Positions 33,624-39,791 of a DNA stretch of 39,791 nucleotides are shown here, piece after piece (position 1 is the stretch's first letter; each line of letters starts with the position of its first letter). A program made the position numbers and the translations under genes. The stretch spans positions 1-39,791 of IMG/VR virus record IMGVR_UViG_3300037419_001000, one strand, 5' to 3'. Under the pieces are notes generated by a model. It was given only the letters and a program-made list of their open reading frames with translations. It did not search any database and was not told the DNA's origin. This DNA comes from a virus (taxonomy: Duplodnaviria; Caudoviricetes).

Positions 33624-34936
33624 CGCATCCACCCCGCTTCACCGGCACCGACGAACGCTGCTGCTTTCGGCAACTGCTTCTCGACCGGCGGACGGTAGGC
33701 GACACACATCAGCCCGAACGCGTCGGCGGCATGGCTCGACCAGTCATGGTTCGGCCCCAACCCGATGCCGCGCTTGTCGTCGCGCTTCTCGTGATACCAG
33801 CCAAGCGCATCGCGCCCGGCCTCGGTCGTCTCCTCGTCGAACCACACGGACGGGAACAGCCGTCGCGCAGCCTCGACCCGGGCAGCAGCTGCGCCCTTGC
33901 CCTGGTTGGGGACGATGGTGACGCGGTACCCCGCCGAGCGCAGCGCGCTCTCGTAGGAAACGGCGAACACCTTGTCGCTCGAGGCGCCGTCGTGAGGCAG
34001 CCAGAACTGCGCCTTCTCCGGCGTGTAGCCGATCTGCCTGAGCCACGCCAAATGCGCTGCCAGCGGCTGCCCGACGGCCTCGTAATAGTCCCTAACCCTC
34101 ACCTCGCGGCCGATGAACTGCGCTGGCCACATGGCGAAGGCGTCGGCCCTCGCTCCAGCCCCGCCGATGTCGCAGAAGAGGTTGACCGTCATCAGCGGAT
34201 CGAAGTCGACCCTCGCGATATGGCCCTTAGCCTTGGCGTCGGTCAGCGCCCGGGCGTAATAGGCACCCTCCACGACGCTGACGAAATCGCCTTCCCACAC
34301 ATGCTCGTAGCTGTCGGGCCGCTTCTCCTTGTCGTCGAGGCGCTTGCGGTTGAGCGTTTCGGGAAACCACGGATTGTCGCGCCAGTTGATCTCGATGATC
34401 TTGGAGCGCGACGGAGGTTCGGCCCGGAAGCGGCGGTGGGTGTCGCTGTTCTTGCGCTCCGGGTTCCACGTCACCCAAATCTCGGCGCCGTCCTCGCGCA
34501 CCGTGTTGACGGCCTTCGACCAGGCTGTCTCCGAAACCGGCTCGGCCTCGTCCACCCACAGCAGGCGGATGTGCGCCTTCGACTTGATCGAATCCAGGTG
34601 CCGCGACAGGCCGATGAAATCATATTCGATGCGATTGTCGCGGGTGCGAACGTACTTCTCGCCAACGTCGAAATGCTCGGCCAGCCAAGGCTCCGAAGCG
34701 ATCGCTTCCTTGACCTCGGCAAGCGAGCTTTCATCGAGGCTGTTCATGAACTCGCGGGCACAGACGATCAGCCCTGATTCGCCGGCGGCAGCGAACTGCA
34801 GCGCCTTCACCGCGGTCATCTTGGCGAAGCTGCGCGTCTTGGCCGAACCACGGCCGCCATAGGCTCCGCGATAGTCCGCTTGACCGGTGAACACCGGGAT
34901 GAGCTTGGGCGGGAGCTCGATGCGCTGGATGGTCAT
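33620..34936 (-). CDS. terL: Terminase large subunit (PBSX family)
   Basis: YGGRGSAKT Walker A, WVDEAE Walker B, TWNP, LPHD, HDWSSHAADAF nuclease motifs. Confidence 0.96.
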   Translation of the reverse strand: MTIQRIELPPKLIPVFTGQADYRGAYGGRGSAKTRSFAKMTAVKALQFAAAGESGLIVCAREFMNSLDESSLAEVKEAIASEPWLAEHFDVGEKYVRTRDNRIEYDFIGLSRHLDSIKSKAHIRLLWVDEAEPVSETAWSKAVNTVREDGAEIWVTWNPERKNSDTHRRFRAEPPSRSKIIEINWRDNPWFPETLNRKRLDDKEKRPDSYEHVWEGDFVSVVEGAYYARALTDAKAKGHIARVDFDPLMTVNLFCDIGGAGARADAFAMWPAQFIGREVRVRDYYEAVGQPLAAHLAWLRQIGYTPEKAQFWLPHDGASSDKVFAVSYESALRSAGYRVTIVPNQGKGAAAARVEAARRLFPSVWFDEETTEAGRDALGWYHEKRDDKRGIGLGPNHDWSSHAADAFGLMCVAYRPPVEKQLPKAAAFVGAGEAGWMR

Positions 34937-35355
34937 TCAGGCTCGCCCAGCACGACGTCGATCGTCGCTGGCCTGCTCGGCGCGACCAGTTCGATGACGG
35001 TGATCGGGGATCCGTTCGGGCCGCTGAGCTCGTGCTTCTCGGTGAACAGCTTCAGGTGCTTGCCGAGCAGTTCGGCGCCCTTCAGCACTGCGGCGGGGCT
35101 GAACGTCGCCAGCTCCTTGCATTTCTCCATCGTCGCGACGATTGAGGTCAGCACATAATCCGCCGTGATTTCAGTGCGTTGCGAGCGCTCGTCCATCGCA
35201 GCTTGGATGACGGAGGCGATTTCAGGCTTTTTCAGGTTCTCATCGCCGATCGAATAGGCCGTCCGCTCGCTATACCCGGCACGGATCGCGGCCTGGGTCG
35301 CGTTGAGGTCGATCAGGTACTCGTCGACGAACCGATGCTGCTTGGGCGTGAGCAC
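34933..35355 (-). CDS. terS: Terminase small subunit
   Basis: LTPKQHRFVDEYLIDLNATQAAIRAGYS..TA..IG.ENL.KP; ELLGKHLKLF. Start placed at GTG 35355, 7 nt after the late -10 (leaderless). Confidence 0.93.
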   Translation of the reverse strand: MLTPKQHRFVDEYLIDLNATQAAIRAGYSERTAYSIGDENLKKPEIASVIQAAMDERSQRTEITADYVLTSIVATMEKCKELATFSPAAVLKGAELLGKHLKLFTEKHELSGPNGSPITVIELVAPSRPATIDVVLGEPE

Positions 35356-35388
35356 ACGAGCGCTTTTGCCACAGCTTTTCGCCGGAAA

Positions 35389-35402
35389 GGGTGTGCGTTG
35401 TT
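35389..35402 (-). promoter_or_regulatory. Late-promoter box copy C (AACAACGCACACCC-N20-CAAAAG)
   Basis: Exact 14-mer immediately upstream of terS. Confidence 0.8.
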
Positions 35403-35621
35403 TCACAGCAGCCCGCGCCTTCTCAGCCGCTTGACCGCATCGCGGACCGTCCATTTGTCCGGCCAGCCCAAGTCCCTCGCCGCGACGTTGTAGCTCGGCT
35501 CGCGCCCATGCTCGGCGGAATAGGCGCTCCAGTAGGGCAAGAGCTGCGTCTGCCGGTAGCCCGCATAGACGAACGGCCTAGCGCTTGCCTGGGCCTTCAT
35601 CTGGTTCGACCCCCGCATCAC
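35403..35621 (-). CDS. Small winged-helix DNA-binding protein (LexA-N-like); candidate late activator
   Basis: RQTQLL.Y......HGREPSYNVAARDLGW.DKWTVRDAVKRLRRRGLL; last early gene before terS. Confidence 0.7.
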   Translation of the reverse strand: MMRGSNQMKAQASARPFVYAGYRQTQLLPYWSAYSAEHGREPSYNVAARDLGWPDKWTVRDAVKRLRRRGLL

Positions 35622-35625
35622 TCGC

Positions 35626-35746
35626 CGCCAGTCCTGCGCCAGTCAGCTACGGTGCAGAGGATGCGTGACGGCAGTCGTTCCCCTTTAGGGGGGACTGCCG
35701 CTAAGCACCTCCGCTGCGGCACTGCTACGGCAGTCGTGCGGCAGTC
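35626..35746. repeat. Iteron-like CG(G/C)CAGTC cluster, putative replication origin
   Basis: CGCCAGTC at 35626 and 35637; CGGCAGTC at 35669, 35728 and 35739; inverted GACTGCCG at 35693 enclosing CCCCTTTAGGGG; directly downstream of the helicase gene. Confidence 0.6.
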
Positions 35747-35754
35747 CGCGAAGG

Positions 35755-37014
35755 TCATTCCGTGGCCCAATTTGCGACCTCCACGAAGTTCTTCGGCTTG
35801 TTCCAGGCGTCGGGTTTTTCGACTATTTTCAGCGCCTCGTTTTCGATCCACTGAGCGACGATCTTGCCGATGCGCTTGCCGTGCTTTTTCGGATCGAGGT
35901 CGAGGACGCGGGCGATCGGGACGCCGACCCAAGCATCGCCCGAGCGGACGTCCAGCCGCCATTCGCCCTGCCCTATCGCCTTCTGCGCTGCGATCAGATG
36001 CTGCGTGGAAATGCCTTCGAACAGCTCCGGCCATTCCCACGGACACGCCACCCCGACCTGATCGCCGTTGTCGAGGCTGACGTTATTCATTCGATACCAT
36101 GCCGCCTTGTCCGGCGGTGCGAGGTTCGCCTTGTCGTTCTGGACCCTGAAGTAGAAACCGCGCTGGTCTTCCGCGATGCCGGCCATTGCCGCTTCGTCAG
36201 GGCTCATGCGGTTGAAGACCTGGACGCTGCGGGCGGCATCGACCAAAGCCTTCGCGCCGCGGGCCGAGTCGGCATTGCTCTCCTGGCCGTTGCCCTTGCG
36301 GACGTGGTGGACGAGGTTGATCGAGCAGTTGCACTCGTCGGCGAGGCGGCCCCATGCCTTGGCCACGGCGTCGATCGCGCGGTTGTCGTTTTCGCTTACC
36401 TCGTGGCTGCTGACGAACGGGTCGATGGTGAGGACATCGATCTTCCGCTCGAGCAGCTGTCCCTTGAGCATGTCATAGACCGGCTGAGCGATGCGGGCGC
36501 CGTATTCGGTTTCCGACGCGATGACGCAGCGCTGGTCGCGGCCACTGTCGACGAACAGACGCCCTTCGACGTCGGCGGGCGCGATCTTGAACCATTTGGC
36601 GGTGGCGTGGAGGCGCCGCTCCGATTCCTCGGCCGGATCCTCGAGGTTGTAGAGCCAGACGGTGAGCGGCCCGCCGTGGACTTCGACATGGTAGAGGTTG
36701 CGGCCGGACGCCATCGCCAAGGCTTCCCCGATCTTGACGCTGGACTTGCCTGTCCCGCCGGCGGCGACGTCGACGCTGACGAAGCGCCTGAGCAAATGCT
36801 TGCCGTAGAGCCATAGCCGCGGCGGGATTTCCGCTTCAGCGCGCCATTCGAACGGGGTAGCGACGATGGGCGCTGGCGACTGAGCTGGCTCGCCGACGGG
36901 CGGTATTTCGTCCATCCATGCAGGCGGCTGCAGCGGCACCACGTTGGTTTGCGGCGGAACGAACGTCGCCCCATAGCCCTCCGGCCAATCTCCATCGTCT
37001 GTGAAGTCAGCCAT
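35755..37014 (-). CDS. RepA-like SF4 / AAA_25 replicative helicase
   Basis: AAGGTGKS Walker A, YNLED, LTIDPF Walker B, LVHHVRK, ARGAKALVDAAR, KANLAP. Confidence 0.92.
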   Translation of the reverse strand: MADFTDDGDWPEGYGATFVPPQTNVVPLQPPAWMDEIPPVGEPAQSPAPIVATPFEWRAEAEIPPRLWLYGKHLLRRFVSVDVAAGGTGKSSVKIGEALAMASGRNLYHVEVHGGPLTVWLYNLEDPAEESERRLHATAKWFKIAPADVEGRLFVDSGRDQRCVIASETEYGARIAQPVYDMLKGQLLERKIDVLTIDPFVSSHEVSENDNRAIDAVAKAWGRLADECNCSINLVHHVRKGNGQESNADSARGAKALVDAARSVQVFNRMSPDEAAMAGIAEDQRGFYFRVQNDKANLAPPDKAAWYRMNNVSLDNGDQVGVACPWEWPELFEGISTQHLIAAQKAIGQGEWRLDVRSGDAWVGVPIARVLDLDPKKHGKRIGKIVAQWIENEALKIVEKPDAWNKPKNFVEVANWATE

Positions 37015-37375
37015 GCCGGGCATCCGCCTCCCCTTCGAAAAGGTCGGAGACAGCCTCCAGAGCGCGCCGTCGAGCCTTGATGCCAGCCCGCCGCATCGGC
37101 GCGTCGTAACGGTTGTGGCAGCGCTGGCACATCGCCTTCAGATTGTCGTCGCTGCAATTCTCGGGGACGTGATCCAGATGCGCGACGGTCAGGACGACAA
37201 CCGAGCCGGTCATAGGGTGGCGAGTGCCATTGACCACGCTGCAGCGGCCGATGTGATCTCCGCCGCACTCGCCATCGCATTCGCATTTGTTGTGGGCGCG
37301 CTCGAAACGGATGCGCTGGCTGATCGCCTTCCAATCCTTCGGGTAGCGAGCGCGATTTTCAGGCCTGATTGGCAT
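37007..37375 (-). CDS. HNH-like Zn-binding protein
   Basis: MPIRPENRARYPKDW; CECDGECG; VLTVAHLDHVPENC..NLKAMCQRCHNRYD. Confidence 0.85.
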   Translation of the reverse strand: MPIRPENRARYPKDWKAISQRIRFERAHNKCECDGECGGDHIGRCSVVNGTRHPMTGSVVVLTVAHLDHVPENCSDDNLKAMCQRCHNRYDAPMRRAGIKARRRALEAVSDLFEGEADARHG

Positions 37376-37724
37376 GGGCCGCCTCCCCTTCGAAGCCGGG
37401 GAACAGCGGAACGTAGAGCTTGTCGAAGCCCTGGGCCGCGATCGCGCAATGGACGCACGAATCGCGGATCACCTGCAGCTCTTCGACCTTCAGCTTGTGG
37501 TTCAGCGCCGAGTGGTTGGCTTCGCGCTCGATCACGTCGAGCAGCATCCAGGCTGGTTCGCACGCCGCCGCTTTCGTCGCCATTGCGGTGTCGCGCATCA
37601 GGAGCAGGCTCGTGCGGAGCTTCAGCTCCTCGCCTTCGCAGTTCAGACGCAGCCCGCGGACAATTGGCTCGTAGTCTTCTCGTTTGGGTGGCCGCGATAC
37701 GCCGGCGGGTGGAGGCGCGTTCAT
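37359..37724 (-). CDS. Hypothetical protein
   Basis: ATG 37724 (ATGA overlap), 121 aa, helical. Confidence 0.6.
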   Translation of the reverse strand: MNAPPPAGVSRPPKREDYEPIVRGLRLNCEGEELKLRTSLLLMRDTAMATKAAACEPAWMLLDVIEREANHSALNHKLKVEELQVIRDSCVHCAIAAQGFDKLYVPLFPGFEGEAAHANQA

Positions 37725-38077
37725 GCGGCGATCCGTCCGATAAACGGCGCCCCGCACTGGCGCAGAAACTCCAGCGCATGATCGGGATCACGGCTGACGA
37801 TACAGGGGATGCCCATGTCGGTGAGCCGCGCCAGCCATTCGGTCTGCGCGAGGCTGAGGCGCCCTGTTTCGGCCTTGAACTCGATCGCGGCGATGCCCTT
37901 GCCTTTCCAGAAACAGAGGACATCCGGAAAGCCTGTCGCCAGGCCTTCGCGCTTCGCCTGCATCGCCGCCCATTGCGTGCGCTTTCCCGCGTTGGGGATT
38001 CCAACCACCGAGACGCCCGGACAAAGGATCTTGCACCGCGCGCGGAAGGTGGTCTGGATCGCGAGCTCGGAGGTCAT
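37721..38077 (-). CDS. VRR-NUC domain nuclease (putative resolvase)
   Basis: SELAIQ, IPNAG, EGLATGFPDV, IEFKAETGRLSLAQTEW. Confidence 0.9.
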   Translation of the reverse strand: MTSELAIQTTFRARCKILCPGVSVVGIPNAGKRTQWAAMQAKREGLATGFPDVLCFWKGKGIAAIEFKAETGRLSLAQTEWLARLTDMGIPCIVSRDPDHALEFLRQCGAPFIGRIAA

Positions 38078-38637
38078 GCGGCTTCTCGCTGGAACTGGCG
38101 GAAGTCGGCGCCCCTACCCTCTCGGTATTCGGCCCACGGCTTGCGGGCCAAGATCGCTTCATCGCGGCACCGAAGGACATACCGGCGACAGGAATCTGGC
38201 CGCAGCGGGAATATCCAGCGGTCCTTGACACTCTGCGGCTTGCCCGCCGTCCATGACCCATTGCCGCTCGGAGGCGGACGAAGCCGATGCCAGGTCGGCG
38301 CCCAATGCCAATTGCAGGCACGGTAGAGCGCGCCTGTATGGCCCGCCGAGGGGTCGCTATAGGAGACGATGGTTGTGGCGTCAGGAAAGCGTTCGCGGCA
38401 AGCCCGAACGAAATGAGCCCATTGGCGGCTGCCTGCATTCTTCGTTTCGGAGACGATGCACCAGCGCGCCAGCTCGAGCCAGTCGCGAGGCAGGTTGCGC
38501 GCCGTCGGGTTGCTCACGACGATCACGCCGAATTCGTCTTGATACGCGGTTCCGCGCCGCAGCGCGCCGAGGTAGTGATGGCGGTCGAGAAATGCCGCCA
38601 CGCTCGGCGCGTCGGTCCACGGATCAAAGAGGCTCAC
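38074..38637 (-). CDS. Mom-like (GNAT-fold) DNA adenine-modifying enzyme
   Basis: FLDRHHYL, LELARW, IVSYSDPSAGHTGALYRACNW are Mom-family motifs. Confidence 0.8.
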   Translation of the reverse strand: MSLFDPWTDAPSVAAFLDRHHYLGALRRGTAYQDEFGVIVVSNPTARNLPRDWLELARWCIVSETKNAGSRQWAHFVRACRERFPDATTIVSYSDPSAGHTGALYRACNWHWAPTWHRLRPPPSGNGSWTAGKPQSVKDRWIFPLRPDSCRRYVLRCRDEAILARKPWAEYREGRGADFRQFQREAA

Positions 38638-38831
38638 CGCCCCGCCCTCCGCCGAGCCTCTTCATCGATCAGCTTCGCCGCGGTCGCCTCATGCAGGCCA
38701 CAGCCGCGCGCCAGGCTTTCGGCGGTAAGGTTGTTCAGATGCCGCGCCTCCAGCAGCAACTTGCGTGCGCGACGCAGCGCCTTGGGTCCGTCGGTGCGGC
38801 CGGGGCGCGGGCGGTTGAAGAAGCGGCGCAT
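38634..38831 (-). CDS. Small basic hypothetical protein (possible HTH)
   Basis: 65 aa; LTAESLARGCGLHEATAAKLI; coupled on both sides. Confidence 0.55.
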   Translation of the reverse strand: MRRFFNRPRPGRTDGPKALRRARKLLLEARHLNNLTAESLARGCGLHEATAAKLIDEEARRRAGR

Positions 38832-39571
38832 CAGTGCTTGAGGAACGCGATTGTGCGGTCGCTATGCCAGCAGAAGGCACAGGTCGCGCAGCAATCGGTC
38901 TTTCCAGTTTGCGCGGGACAGACGATGTGGTTCGTCTCGTCGGCGCTGTTGACGACGACCGCGCCATTGCGCGGGCCGTTCCATCCGCTGAACCGGACGT
39001 GGAAGCGCTCTGGCCATACGCCGAGCATCTCGCAAACGACCTGGCCGATGTCGCTCTTGGGGTCGCGCGCCGTGTAGCCGAAGATATGCAGCGCCGGGTA
39101 AGCCTCCATCGCTTCGTGCCACAGCTGGACGTAGCGCTCCGAGTAGAAGTCGCCCAGGACATGAAGTCGGACGAGGAAGCCGCCGGGATGCCGCGCTTGG
39201 AGGTCGGCAAGCTCTTCCCACAGCCGCGCTTCCAATGCTTCGCCGGCGACGATCCGCTCGGCGGCCTGCATGTTGTTGCCGAAGCAGAAGGCCCAGGCCT
39301 TGCAGCTGCGCGGGCATGTTGCGCGCTCTTCCAGAGTGAGCGTGAAGATCGGAAAGCCCTTGAGCTTGCCCTTGGTCACGAACTTGCCGATCTTGCGGCT
39401 CTGCTGTCCGTCCTTCAGGACGCGCTGAACCTCATCGGGATCGAACACGCGGCTCGGGAAGAGCGTGCGCCCGTAGCGATAGGCCGGGTCCAGCTGGCCG
39501 AGGACGATCTGGCCCATGCGACCGCGACCGTGCGACGTCTCGAACCGGCGAAGAGTGCGGGCGGCCACCAT
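38831..39571 (-). CDS. Gp88-like Cys-rich (radical-SAM-like Fe-S) phage protein
   Basis: TLEERATCPRSCKAWAFCFG (CX3CX5C), VRLHVLGDFYS, FGYT, C-terminal CPAQ..CCATCAFCW. Confidence 0.78.
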   Translation of the reverse strand: MVAARTLRRFETSHGRGRMGQIVLGQLDPAYRYGRTLFPSRVFDPDEVQRVLKDGQQSRKIGKFVTKGKLKGFPIFTLTLEERATCPRSCKAWAFCFGNNMQAAERIVAGEALEARLWEELADLQARHPGGFLVRLHVLGDFYSERYVQLWHEAMEAYPALHIFGYTARDPKSDIGQVVCEMLGVWPERFHVRFSGWNGPRNGAVVVNSADETNHIVCPAQTGKTDCCATCAFCWHSDRTIAFLKH

Positions 39572-39791
39572 CAGGCGGCGTCCTCAAAGTCTTCCTCGAA
39601 ATAAGCTTCAAGGAACTCGGACCACGCATCTTCGAACACCAGCGCCGCTGCGGCCCGGCGCCCAATGGGCGGCTGCGCGCGAGCGATAATGAGAGCGGTC
39701 CATTCTTTCTGCGTCGACGCTGCGACTAGGTCGATCATGCCGGGCATGAATTGCTCGCGACCTTGGATGATTTCGCGGCTGTCGCAGCCCA
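39571..39791 (-). CDS. C-terminal fragment of a gene truncated by the window edge (probably the ParB-like gene starting at 387)
   Basis: Open frame GCDSREIIQGREQFMPGMIDLV...EAYFEEDFEDAA* whose TGA overlaps the Gp88-like ATG. Confidence 0.6.
   Translation of the reverse strand, partial: GCDSREIIQGREQFMPGMIDLVAASTQKEWTALIIARAQPPIGRRAAAALVFEDAWSEFLEAYFEEDFEDAA

Larger units (their letters stand above)
1..39791. mobile_element. Temperate P22-like podovirus genome, near complete, circularly permuted, excised/virion configuration
   Basis: Contiguous phage modules (immunity, recombination, int/attP, replication, terminase, P22-type portal/coat/gp4/gp10, ejection proteins, lysis). No tape measure, no host genes, intact attP in the interior. 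Confidence 0.95.

Noticed and set aside
39571-39791. Direct circular join of base 39791 to base 1
   Set aside because: The two terminal gene fragments are out of frame if joined directly and there is no terminal overlap, so a short segment is probably missing.
1-39791. CRISPR array, diversity-generating retroelement, IS element, intron/intein, rRNA
   Set aside because: No regularly spaced repeats, reverse transcriptase, TR/VR pair, transposase or splicing motifs were seen by eye.

Overview
The window is a nearly complete, circularly permuted genome of a GC-rich temperate podovirus with P22-like portal, coat, gp4/gp10-type tail hub and ejection proteins. The host is probably an alphaproteobacterium (Sphingomonadaceae-like; inferred). 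An intact attP whose core matches a tRNA 3' end lies at about 8.38 kb, so this is the excised or virion form rather than an integrated prophage. Layout: (1) an immunity region with cro/cI and five TCACA-N3-TGTGA operators (1.7-2.5 kb); (2) a rightward early operon with YqaJ exonuclease, RecT, Xis-like protein, tyrosine integrase, attP and an accessory micro-ORF/GNAT region (2.5-10.9 kb); (3) a leftward operon that wraps through the window ends: cro, CII-like HTH, ParB-like DGQHR protein, Gp88-like Cys-rich protein, Mom-like acetyltransferase, VRR-NUC, HNH-like protein, RepA/AAA_25 helicase and a putative ori; (4) the late genes: terS, terL, portal, scaffold, head-spike module, coat, tail, ejection proteins and lysis cassette. 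Most notable observations: a probable programmed +1 frameshift (SD-hairpin-AAC-TTT-CCT-TGA) needed to give an ejection protein an intact lytic transglycosylase domain; a 14-bp late-promoter box at three sites with identical spacing to a -10 element; an RcGTA-type head-spike base followed by two paralogous head fibres beside an antisense methyltransferase moron; a ParB/Gp88/Mom putative DNA-modification cluster; a GNAT cassette between 33-bp perfect direct repeats next to attP; a TM-PAS protein heading the lysis cassette; and a split, domain-decorated gp10 tail hub. All family calls come from motif recognition by eye; no database searches were run.
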